Positions 35,819-44,494 of a stretch of 64,000 nucleotides of DNA are shown piece by piece. Below the pieces are notes generated by a model that did not search any database, was not told the DNA's origin, and saw nothing but the letters and a program-made list of their open reading frames with translations. This stretch comes from Thermoanaerobaculia bacterium (lineage in GTDB: Bacteria > Acidobacteriota > Thermoanaerobaculia > Multivoradales > UBA5704). Within the stretch, counting starts at the first letter, position 1; every line of letters starts with the position of its first letter. Location of the stretch: NCBI GenBank assembly GCA_044226625.1, contig JBGAGQ010000003.1:128001-192000 (forward strand). Direction: 5' to 3'. A program made the translations under genes and the position numbers.

Positions 35819-38182
35819 TCAGAAGAACTTGTAGTCGATCGTCGCGAGCACCGTGCGCGGCGCACCGTAGGACCCGACCAGGATACCGAGCGCCGGGATG
35901 TTGTACCCGTTCGTCAGATATCCCTTGTCGGTCAGGTTCTTGCCGTTCACGCCGACGCGCCACTTCGCGTTCGGCGACAACCAGCTGATCGAAGCGTCCC
36001 ACAGGCTGAAGGCGTCCTGGACGATCGGCAGCAGCGGCTGGCCGGGGCGCCCCGGATACGGGCCTCCTTCGTTGGTGAGCACCGACTCGTCGCGATAGGC
36101 GACGCCGAACGAGCCGCTGATCAACCCCTTGGAGATCGGGAAGCTCAGGTTCGCGTGGAGCGCGCCCGTGAACTCCGGCGCGTTCGTGATCACCTGCGTG
36201 TCGACGAAGCCGTCGCGGTTCGCGTCCAGGAACTCGTCCGGCTTCGCCGAGAGGTAGCTCACGTTGCCCACCAGACGGAACCAGCTCGCGGCGTGCGGCG
36301 AGCCGTCGAATTCGACCTCGACCCCCTTCATCGTCGCGTCGCCCGCGTTCAGGAAGTTGCCGAAGAAGGCGTCCTCGACGCCGTCGCCGTTCGAATCGTA
36401 GGCGGTGAACGTGCTCACCTGGATGTCCTTGTACTTGCCGTAGAACGCCGCCGAGTTGAGCACCAGCTGCCGGTCGAACAGCACCGTCTTCAAGCCGACC
36501 TCCAGCACGTCGAGCACCTCGTCCTTGAACGGCAACGCGGAGGCGGGAAAGACGGAAGCCTGGGCGCGCACGTTGAAGCCGCCGCTCTTGAAGCCGCGCG
36601 AGAGGGTCGCGTAGGCGAGGACGTTCGGATTGACCTGATAGTCGACGCCGAGCTTCGGCGCGAGAGAGTTGAAGGTGACGGTCTTGTCGAAGTCAGCGGT
36701 CACCGCGTTCGGCACGGTGAAGGTGTCGTTCGTGAAGCCGCGGTTCAGCGCGATCACGTTCTTCTTCTCGCGCGTCGCCCGGAGGCCGAGGTTCAACTGG
36801 GTCTTCGGATTGAGCTGATAGCTGCCGTCGCCGAAGAGCGCGATCGAATCGGTGTTGGTCTCCCCTTCCGTGGTGCCGAAGATCCGGTTCAGGAAGATGT
36901 TCTTCACCAGACCGCCGGCTTTGCCGTCGAAGTAATAGGCGCCGAGGACGCCGGTGATCTTGCCGCCGCCGTCGTAGTTGAACTGCAGCTCTTCCGACGT
37001 CTGCTTGTCGAAGTAGGTCGCGATGACGTCGGTGATGCGCGCGGGCGTCGTGTCGAAGTCGATGTTGTTGTCCGAATCCGATTTCCGGTGCGCGGTGATC
37101 GACTTGGCCGACCACGGATCGCTGATCTTCCAAGAGACCACGAGCGACGTTCCGCTCGCGTCCGTGCTGTTTTTCGGCGCGAGACCGCTTTCCGTGTCGA
37201 AGTTGTTCGAGAGCGCCGGGCAGGCTCGGCCGAGGAACAGCGGGCAGAGCGGGTTCGGCGCGAGGCGGCGATATCCCTTCGGCTCCGCGTCGTCCTTCGT
37301 CTGGTCGTAGCTCACCTGGACCTTCACGTCGTCGGAGACGAGCCAGTCGAGCGCGGCGCGAAACGCCTTCGTGTCCTTGTCCGAGACGTCGCGGCCGGTC
37401 AGCCGGTTGGTGCCGTAGCCGTCGTGCTTGAGCGACGCCGCGGCGATCTTGCCGCGCAGCTTGCCGGCGACCAGCGCGCCCGAGAGGCTCGCGCGGAAGT
37501 CCTCGTTCGAGAAGCTGCCCGGCGAGATCGAGAGACGGCCGTCGAGAGTGTCGGTGAGCTCGCGGCTCACGTACTTGATCGCGCCGCCGATCGTGTTCTT
37601 GCCGTACAGCGTCCCCTGCGGTCCGCGCAGCACCTCGATCCGCTGCACGTCGTAGACGTCGAGCAGCGCCCCTTGCGGCCGGGCGATGTAGACGTCGTCG
37701 AGATAGAGGCCGACACCCGGGTCGACGCCCCAGAGCGGGTCGGCCTGGCCGATGCCGCGCATGAACGCGGTGAGCGTGGTGGTCTGGTTGCGCCCTTGAT
37801 AGATCGAGAGGTTCGGTACGGAGGACTGAAGCTCCGAGATGTCGGCCGCGGCGGTCTCCTCGAGCGCCTCGCCACCCAGGACGGTGACGGCGACGGGGAC
37901 TTCCTGGACGTTCTCTTCCCGCTTGCGGGCGGTGACGATGATCTCGTCGGAGACGGTCGGCGTCTCCTCCTCGGCCTTCACCTCCTCCTTCTTTTCCTGC
38001 GCGTCGGCGGCGGGAGCCTGCGCCGCGTCTTGCGCCGCCTTGGCGATCGGGTCCGGGCTCGCGGAGTCGGTCGCGAACACCGCGCCGCCGGTCCCGACGA
38101 GCGCCGCCATGAGGAACAGCGACAGGGCTCCAAGCGACGACGCGCCCCCTCCCGAGATTCTCAGCTCTCTACGACCATTCAT
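35819..38182 (-). CDS. TonB-dependent receptor
   Basis: IIVTARKREE TonB box, RIEVLRGPQGTLYG, GFKSGG, KNLTD, C-terminal YKFF. Confidence 0.92.
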   Translation of the reverse strand: MNGRRELRISGGGASSLGALSLFLMAALVGTGGAVFATDSASPDPIAKAAQDAAQAPAADAQEKKEEVKAEEETPTVSDEIIVTARKREENVQEVPVAVTVLGGEALEETAAADISELQSSVPNLSIYQGRNQTTTLTAFMRGIGQADPLWGVDPGVGLYLDDVYIARPQGALLDVYDVQRIEVLRGPQGTLYGKNTIGGAIKYVSRELTDTLDGRLSISPGSFSNEDFRASLSGALVAGKLRGKIAAASLKHDGYGTNRLTGRDVSDKDTKAFRAALDWLVSDDVKVQVSYDQTKDDAEPKGYRRLAPNPLCPLFLGRACPALSNNFDTESGLAPKNSTDASGTSLVVSWKISDPWSAKSITAHRKSDSDNNIDFDTTPARITDVIATYFDKQTSEELQFNYDGGGKITGVLGAYYFDGKAGGLVKNIFLNRIFGTTEGETNTDSIALFGDGSYQLNPKTQLNLGLRATREKKNVIALNRGFTNDTFTVPNAVTADFDKTVTFNSLAPKLGVDYQVNPNVLAYATLSRGFKSGGFNVRAQASVFPASALPFKDEVLDVLEVGLKTVLFDRQLVLNSAAFYGKYKDIQVSTFTAYDSNGDGVEDAFFGNFLNAGDATMKGVEVEFDGSPHAASWFRLVGNVSYLSAKPDEFLDANRDGFVDTQVITNAPEFTGALHANLSFPISKGLISGSFGVAYRDESVLTNEGGPYPGRPGQPLLPIVQDAFSLWDASISWLSPNAKWRVGVNGKNLTDKGYLTNGYNIPALGILVGSYGAPRTVLATIDYKFF

Positions 38183-38198
38183 CGTTCATTCCCCTTTT

Positions 38199-38891
38199 TC
38201 AGTCGATGGCATCTTTGGACGAGCGAGCGCGTTTCGGACGCGGTGCGGTCCGAGGCTCGCCCGGCATTTCAAAGCGAGGGAGGAGGCCGAGGCGCAGGAT
38301 GCGGCAGAACTCGGCGACCGCGGTCTTGGAATCGAGGCCCAGGTGCATCGGAACGCCGAAGCACTTCTCGACCGTGAAGTAGTAGAAGAACCAGCGGGTG
38401 GCCATCATCACGCCGAACAGCGGGCTCGGATCGCCCAGCTCGCCGCGCTCTTGGCGCGCTTTCAGGTTGTCCTCGTAAGTCGCCGAGAAGCGCTCGGCCA
38501 TCCGCCGGTAGAACTCGTGGATGTGCTTGCCCTTGAACTCGATGACGTCGATGTAGATCAGCAGGATCGAGTGCGAGTTGCGATCGACCACCTGCTCGAT
38601 CGCCGCGGCGAGATCCTCCAGGTCGTCCGGAAATCGGTTGGCGGCGAAGATCTTGTTGAGCGGCAGCTCGGGGTCGGTGAGCTCCTGCCAATAGCGGTCG
38701 ATCAACACCGCAAGGATCTGCTCCTTGCCGCCGAAGTGGTGGTAGAGGTTACCCACCGAGACGTTCGCCTTGCGCGCGATCTGCCGCATCGTCGTGGCGC
38801 GGAAGCCCTGCCGCGAAAACAGCGCGAGCGCCGCCTTCTGCACCTTCTTCATCGCCGCGTCGCTGCGGTCGGCCTGCGTCCTCTTGCGCAT
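38199..38891 (-). CDS. TetR/AcrR family transcriptional regulator
   Basis: AALALFSRQGF..TTMRQIA..A.VS.GNLYHHF..KE HTH. Confidence 0.92.
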   Translation of the reverse strand: MRKRTQADRSDAAMKKVQKAALALFSRQGFRATTMRQIARKANVSVGNLYHHFGGKEQILAVLIDRYWQELTDPELPLNKIFAANRFPDDLEDLAAAIEQVVDRNSHSILLIYIDVIEFKGKHIHEFYRRMAERFSATYEDNLKARQERGELGDPSPLFGVMMATRWFFYYFTVEKCFGVPMHLGLDSKTAVAEFCRILRLGLLPRFEMPGEPRTAPRPKRARSSKDAID

Positions 38892-38919
38892 CGCTCCCGG
38901 ATCCGAACCGAAGATCCCG

Positions 38920-38975
38920 AACGAACGTTCGGTTTGTTTTGCGCGGAGGATAGGGGCGCTCCGGGGAGCGGTCAA
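38920..38975 (-). promoter_or_regulatory. Promoter plus putative TetR operator
   Basis: TTGACC (38975-38970)-17 nt-TATCCT (38952-38947); perfect palindrome CGAACGTTCG at 38922-38931, just downstream of the inferred start site. Confidence 0.6.
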
Positions 38976-39112
38976 GCCGCACCGCGGCGTAAATCGGGAG
39001 GAGGATCGGGACGGGATTCGTCAGGCGGAGCGAAGCTCGCTCCACGCGGAAGCTAACCCGCGGCGCTTCCGATCGTCTAACCTTCCGGAACGACTCTCCG
39101 AGGAGGAAACTC

Positions 39113-39670
39113 ATGCGCCTTCGACCGCTCGCCCTTTGCCTCGCCCTCGCCCTGATCGCCGCCGGCGCACGGGCGGCTCAGGAATCCCCTTCTCCGGAGG
39201 CACTCGCGAAGACGGCGGCGGAGCTCACGCGCAAGGGCGACTGGGCCGGGTTTGCCCGGATGATGCACCCGGAGGCACTCGCCGAGCTCACGCGGATCTT
39301 CCGGCCGATCGTCGCGGCCGAAGGGGCCGGTCCGATGCGGTCGGCGTTCTTCGGCGTCGAGAGCCTCGAGCAGTTCGACGCTCTCACGGATGCCGGGGTG
39401 TTCGAGCGGTTGATGACCAATCTGGCGAAGAACGTCCCGGCGGTGGCCGAGGCGATGTCGACGTCCGAGATCTTCGTCGTCGGCTCGCTTCCCGAGGAGG
39501 ACCAGCTGGTCCACGTCGTCTACCACGGGGGCGCCAAGGCTGAAGGGCTGATTTTCTCGAAGACCTCGGTGATGACCTTCCGCCGCTACAACGGCGAGTG
39601 GCGGGCGCTGCTGTCGGGAAACGTCGAAGGGCTCGCGGCGCGCCTGCGGCAATTGACGCAAGCGAAGTGA
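39113..39670 (+). CDS. Hypothetical secreted protein
   Basis: GAGGAGG RBS; signal peptide ending ARA-A; host-like codon use. Confidence 0.75.
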   Translation: MRLRPLALCLALALIAAGARAAQESPSPEALAKTAAELTRKGDWAGFARMMHPEALAELTRIFRPIVAAEGAGPMRSAFFGVESLEQFDALTDAGVFERLMTNLAKNVPAVAEAMSTSEIFVVGSLPEEDQLVHVVYHGGAKAEGLIFSKTSVMTFRRYNGEWRALLSGNVEGLAARLRQLTQAK

Positions 39671-39682
39671 CGGGTCCGTTCC

Positions 39683-40675
39683 TCATGTCGGGTCGAAAAG
39701 GCGCAGCCGATCCTCGATCCAGCCGCGGACCTCGGCCGCGCAGCCGACCCGCGCGAGCGCGGTGCGAAACTGCTCTCGATACTCTGGCTCCGCCAGATAG
39801 TGGTAGTGCAACAGGATCGGAATCCGCCCCGGCTCCAGCGGCCATGCCGGGGTGCCGTCGACGTGCAGGTGCAGCGGGATGTTGAACCGATCGTCGTAGA
39901 CCCGGACGTCCGAGGTTCGACTCCAGATAGCGACGGAGAGCGCGGCCTGGCTCGCGCCCCACCATTCGCTGGCCGCGCGGCCGACGAACCCGGTGGAGGC
40001 GAGGATGTCGAGACCGGCTCCGGCCCACGGCCGCAGATGCTCCGCCCGAGACGCGAAGAAGATTTCCCGGGTCCGCTCGAGAATCCCGAGATCGCGCCGG
40101 ACCACAGTGAAGCCGCCGTTGTACGAGGCGCGGATCGACGCTCGATCGATCGTCGTCTCGAGGAATGGCAGACGGTCGAGCCCGATTCCGCCGAGCGCGC
40201 AAAGACGGGACCAATACGCCTCCAGCGGGTCTCCCTGACCGCTCGAAGCCGACCCTTTGAGGTCGACCGGCCGAATCCCGACGTCGGCGCGCACCAACTC
40301 GGGCTCCCCCACCCAGACCATGTCGGAATCAAGCATCACGAGAAACTTCGATTCGAGGTTGCCCTCAGCCCAGGCACCCACGACGATGCGGTTGATCGTG
40401 CCGTAGGCGCTCGCGGTCTCGTTCAGGGACTCGGCCCGATAGGTCACGTCCAGCGCCTCGAGGCGGGAAACGTGGTCGGGCGAGAGGGCCAGGTGAGGTC
40501 GCGGCGCGACGGCGACGATCGCAGAGCTCCGGTAGCGGCCACCGAACGTCCGCAGGCTCTCACAGAGAAGGAGCGCCTGCGGCAGGAGCCGGTTCTCCTC
40601 CACGCAGAGGAGGAACGTAACCTCTCCTTCCCCAAGGGTGTCCATCGCGAGCTCCGCGCCGGAAAGTCCGGTCAT
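39683..40675 (-). CDS. Glycosyltransferase-like protein (GT-A fold, GT8-like)
   Basis: MLDSD DxD motif, YNGG, HYH; ATGA overlap with the GT4 gene. Confidence 0.6.
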   Translation of the reverse strand: MTGLSGAELAMDTLGEGEVTFLLCVEENRLLPQALLLCESLRTFGGRYRSSAIVAVAPRPHLALSPDHVSRLEALDVTYRAESLNETASAYGTINRIVVGAWAEGNLESKFLVMLDSDMVWVGEPELVRADVGIRPVDLKGSASSGQGDPLEAYWSRLCALGGIGLDRLPFLETTIDRASIRASYNGGFTVVRRDLGILERTREIFFASRAEHLRPWAGAGLDILASTGFVGRAASEWWGASQAALSVAIWSRTSDVRVYDDRFNIPLHLHVDGTPAWPLEPGRIPILLHYHYLAEPEYREQFRTALARVGCAAEVRGWIEDRLRLFDPT

Positions 40676-41724
40676 CTCCACCCGTCCGATCGACCGGATT
40701 TCTCGGAGTGCTCCTTGGTCGCGGAGCCGCCGGCCAGCACCGCGCGAAACATCGCTGCATAGCGAGCCGCCTGCCTCGACCAACTCCAGTCCTCCACCGC
40801 CGCGCGGGCGGCCCGCCCCATGCGTCGGCGCAGATCCTCGTCATCGCGTAATCGAACGATCTTCGCAGCGAAATCGCCCGGATCCCGCTTGGCGAAGAAG
40901 CCGTTTTCGCCGTCCCGGATCAGCTCGGGCATGTTGCCGACCGGCGTGGTGATCACCGGCAGGCCGCAGGCTGATGCCTCCAGGCAGGGGTTCGGCGTCC
41001 CTTCGCTTCGGCTCGCGCATAGGTAAACGTCGATCCCGCGATAGAACTCGAGCATCTCGTCGCGGTCGCGCCACGTCTCTTCGCGCACGGCCAACCGCAC
41101 TTCGACGCCGGCCCGTTCCGCCGCAGGCTCGATCACCTCTCGGACACCGCGGTGCTCTGGGCCATGGTTGGTGAGGCTCCCCGCCCACCCGACGCGAAAC
41201 GGCCGTCGCGACCGCACCGGCACCTCGGAGGAGCCGGGACGAAAGAAATCGACATCGACCCCGTTCGGGGTGTAATGGACGGGTCGGCTCAAAATCGACC
41301 GCATCTCCTCGAAGAGCCGTCGGTTGTTGGCGAAGACCGCCGCAGGCATCCCATTGAGGGTCCGAACCGCGGGCTCGCGCCAAGCTCCCTCCAGCTCGTA
41401 ATGGCTGCATACACCGATCATCAGGCGGTCGCGCCGCTTCGCCAGCTCCGCCCGCAGGCCCGCGAGCCGCTCGACCTGGAGCCAATAGTAGAGAAGCACA
41501 CCGTCGGCGCGGACTAGGTCGTCGGCGTTCACCTGATCCTGGTATCGCTTGACGATCTCGAACGATCCGGCGAGCTCTCGCGCCAGCGCATCGGTCTTCC
41601 GGTCGTGGGCCCAGTTCGGTCGATCGACGACGCACAGGACGACCGGCCGTGCGCGTGTCGCGAACGGCCTCCCGAGCCAGCGCCGTAATCGGGGGCCGAG
41701 CGCCAGGCCGCTCAAACTCGCCAT
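40672..41724 (-). CDS. Glycosyltransferase family 4
   Basis: PNGVD..F, SEGTPNPCLEASACGLPVITTPVG, NGF. Confidence 0.88.
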   Translation of the reverse strand: MASLSGLALGPRLRRWLGRPFATRARPVVLCVVDRPNWAHDRKTDALARELAGSFEIVKRYQDQVNADDLVRADGVLLYYWLQVERLAGLRAELAKRRDRLMIGVCSHYELEGAWREPAVRTLNGMPAAVFANNRRLFEEMRSILSRPVHYTPNGVDVDFFRPGSSEVPVRSRRPFRVGWAGSLTNHGPEHRGVREVIEPAAERAGVEVRLAVREETWRDRDEMLEFYRGIDVYLCASRSEGTPNPCLEASACGLPVITTPVGNMPELIRDGENGFFAKRDPGDFAAKIVRLRDDEDLRRRMGRAARAAVEDWSWSRQAARYAAMFRAVLAGGSATKEHSEKSGRSDGWR

Positions 41725-42509
41725 TGCACGCAGTGGGTCGTCCTCGGAGCGGACGGATCGAGATCGCCATCGACGACGAGCCGCTTCAGTTCCCTCTCCG
41801 AGGGAAGCTCAACCGACTCCGCGCGGAGCGTCGGTCGCCAGCTATGCCAACCACCGCGAACCTCCTCCGGGTCGTAGGTCTTCGCGGCGTATTTCCGCGC
41901 CACGTGCTCGCGGCTCAGGAAGAGGTAATGGCACATCTTGAACCGGTGCGGTGAAAGCCGTTGGTCGGCAAAGCGGACGTTGTGCCCGCCGGTGCTCGCG
42001 AGGTCCACCCGCGCCGGCTGCCGCTTCCATGCCCGCACCAGATGGAGGGGGCTCGGGGCGAACGGGTAGTACCAGCGCATGGTGCGTCGAAAGTCCGGGT
42101 GGTCGTGGTGCGGTTCTTCGCGCGTGGGCACGAACGTGAACTCCTGAAACTCGATCGCGTCATACCCCTCGCGATCCGCTTCCGCGAACGCCTCGAGCAG
42201 CGTCTGGCCCGGTCGCGGCGGCAAGAGGATCTCGTCGGCATCGAGATGGATGAACCAGTCGGCGTCCAGCTCCGCCGCCAGCGCCTCCTTGCGGCCCAGG
42301 ATCTGTCGCCAGCGAAACGTGCCGTCCCGAGGGAGCCGTTCGATGCCTCGGAGCCCGAGCCCGAGGTAGGCGGCGGCGATCGTCTCGGTGCGATCGGTCG
42401 ACTGGTTGTCGCACAAGTAGGCTTCCACCCCGTGGGCGGCGAGGTGCTCCAGGCAGCCGCCGATGAAGCGTTCCTCGTTGTAGGCCGCGATGATCGCCAG
42501 CACCCGCAT
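41712..42509 (-). CDS. Glycosyltransferase family 2
   Basis: AYNEE, DNQSTD, HLDADE. Confidence 0.85.
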   Translation of the reverse strand: MRVLAIIAAYNEERFIGGCLEHLAAHGVEAYLCDNQSTDRTETIAAAYLGLGLRGIERLPRDGTFRWRQILGRKEALAAELDADWFIHLDADEILLPPRPGQTLLEAFAEADREGYDAIEFQEFTFVPTREEPHHDHPDFRRTMRWYYPFAPSPLHLVRAWKRQPARVDLASTGGHNVRFADQRLSPHRFKMCHYLFLSREHVARKYAAKTYDPEEVRGGWHSWRPTLRAESVELPSERELKRLVVDGDLDPSAPRTTHCVQWRV

Positions 42510-42516
42510 GAGATAG

Positions 42517-42545
42517 AGGATAATCGAGCCTCCAAGACCCGCCAA
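42517..42545 (-). promoter_or_regulatory. Promoter of the GT operon (leaderless)
   Basis: TTGGCG-17 nt-TATCCT, 7 nt before ATG 42509; no SD. Confidence 0.6.
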
Positions 42546-42590
42546 ACGCCATGTTCTCAATCCGGTAACCCTTCCGACACTGGAGCTTCG

Positions 42591-43757
42591 ATGTCGTCTC
42601 CGCTCATCGTCTGCGGTATGCACCGCTCTGGAACCTCGCTCGTCGCGAGCGCTCTCGAAAGAGCGGGTCTCGCGATCGGCCGCGACGTGGCGTCCCCCGG
42701 CCTCGGCAATCCGCGGGGTCATTTCGAGGACTCCGATTTCCTCGACCTGCACGAGGAGATGCTCGCGGCGAAGGGTGAGAGTTGTTTCTCGATCGGACCG
42801 GACTTCGAGCCGCCCGCGGACGTGCGCTTCGTCGACCGAGCCCGGGAGCTGGTCGCGGAACGGCAGTCGAACGACGTCTGGGGTTGGAAAGATCCGCGCA
42901 CCACGCTGTTCCTCGAGTTCTGGGACCACGTGGTGCCCGACGCGCGGTACCTTTTCCTCTATCGCCCACCGGTCGACGTCGCCCTTTCGCTCTGGCGGCG
43001 CAACGGCGATCTCGAGCTGCGCGAAGCCCCCTGGCGCGTGATCCTCGCCTGGGAGGTCTACAACCGGCGCCTGCTCGACTTCGCCGCGCGGCACCCCCAT
43101 CGCTGCCACGTCGCCCAGGTGCCTGCGGTCGCCGCCGACCTCGGGACGCTGGTGCGAGCGCTGCGCGACGATCTCGGCGTTCCCCTGCGCGAGGACGCCG
43201 TGGGCGCCGTCTACGTCCCTCGGGAGCTTTCGGTGGAAGTGCCGCCGAATCCCGTCTGGGAGGGCCTGATCCCCGAGGCCCTCGCGCTCTATCGCCTCCT
43301 CGAGGAGCGCGCGGCCCGGCCCGCGCTCGGAAACGGCCCCGGCGAGCTCTCCCCGGAATCCTCCCGCGAGCTGGTGCTGCTCCGCGCGGCCGAAACCCTC
43401 CTCTTCGCGCTCCTCGAACGATGTGACCGGAAGCCGAGGACCGAGACGCCGTCGATCGACCAGCGCAAGGCGTATCACCGCATCCGCATGGAGGACGAGG
43501 CGGCGGTCGCCTTGGACTTCGCGCTCGAAAGCGGCCTGCCCGAGACGAGCGAGATGGCCGCCGCTCTGGTGCGCGAGCGCGAGCGGATCGAAGAGCTGAT
43601 CGCCGGCCTGATCGACGAACGCGAGCGCTGCGCCGCCGCCGAGGCTCGCGCCGCCGAGCTCGGACGGACGATCCGCGGCATCGAGCAGTCGTGGAGCTTC
43701 GCCCCGACCCGCGCCTGGTGGTGGCTGCGCGGCCGTCTCGGCCGACGGAAGTCGTAG
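42591..43757 (+). CDS. Sulfotransferase family protein with C-terminal coiled coil
   Basis: GMHRSGTS PAPS-binding motif, N.RGHFE, WGWKDPR, YR.P..V..SL. Confidence 0.85.
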   Translation: MSSPLIVCGMHRSGTSLVASALERAGLAIGRDVASPGLGNPRGHFEDSDFLDLHEEMLAAKGESCFSIGPDFEPPADVRFVDRARELVAERQSNDVWGWKDPRTTLFLEFWDHVVPDARYLFLYRPPVDVALSLWRRNGDLELREAPWRVILAWEVYNRRLLDFAARHPHRCHVAQVPAVAADLGTLVRALRDDLGVPLREDAVGAVYVPRELSVEVPPNPVWEGLIPEALALYRLLEERAARPALGNGPGELSPESSRELVLLRAAETLLFALLERCDRKPRTETPSIDQRKAYHRIRMEDEAAVALDFALESGLPETSEMAAALVRERERIEELIAGLIDERERCAAAEARAAELGRTIRGIEQSWSFAPTRAWWWLRGRLGRRKS

Positions 43758-43808
43758 TTTCCCAACTCTCCCGACGCTGACCCGCCCGCTTTCGAGGGGA
43801 AGGCGAAG

Positions 43809-44462
43809 CTACGGCTCGGCGTCAGGTCTCGAGGGCAGGAGCGCCTCCCGCCTCTTGCGTGTGAGGTAGAGCACGAGCAGAGCGAGCGCCGCGCCGAGTA
43901 GGGCGAACGACATGTCCTTCTGCGCGTCCCAGGGGTCTCCCTGCTGGCCGTTGTAGGCGTCCGCGTCGGCCCCGGCGAGAACCAGCGACAGACCCCATTC
44001 GAACAGCTCGTAGACCATGCTCCAGGCGAGCACGAACTCGAAAGCGGCGTAGTAGGCGAACCGGCGCGGTGCCCGGAAGTAGCGGACGCAGACTTCCCAG
44101 ACCGGCCGGACCCACAGGGCCCCGAAACCGAAATGCACCAGGCGGTCGAAATGATTGCGCCGGAACCCGAATCGCTCGGTGAGCGAAAAGCCGATGAGCC
44201 GCCGCGCCCATTCGTCATAGGGGACGTACGAGTAGATGTAGCGCGCGCCGACGACGTGAAGCAGGAGGAATGCCGCGAGGCAGGTGACCGCCGGGCTCGA
44301 GAGAGGAAAGCGCCGTGCGGCGAGCGGCCAGAGCACGAGGCACAGCACGGTCGGAATGTGCTGGAGCAGCATTTGGTCCGGATACGGAGCCGCGATGCAG
44401 CTCGCGAGGAGAGCGAAGAGGCAGAGCGCCCAGAGGGCGCTCTGATAGCGATCACCGAACAT
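43809..44462 (-). CDS. DUF2238 (YjdF-like) membrane protein
   Basis: GARY.YSYVP, RNHFDRLVHF, YELFEW, QQGD.WDAQKDM. Confidence 0.88.
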   Translation of the reverse strand: MFGDRYQSALWALCLFALLASCIAAPYPDQMLLQHIPTVLCLVLWPLAARRFPLSSPAVTCLAAFLLLHVVGARYIYSYVPYDEWARRLIGFSLTERFGFRRNHFDRLVHFGFGALWVRPVWEVCVRYFRAPRRFAYYAAFEFVLAWSMVYELFEWGLSLVLAGADADAYNGQQGDPWDAQKDMSFALLGAALALLVLYLTRKRREALLPSRPDAEP

Positions 44463-44494
44463 CGACTCGGCCGAAGCGCGCGATTCCGCTCCGG

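Noticed and set aside
35225-38377. Long antisense/shadow ORFs (e.g. 1050 aa here, 2645-5632, 52511-54583, 54644-56827)
   Set aside because: They are Arg/Ala/Gly-rich, motif-free frames overlapping well-supported genes, as expected at this GC content.
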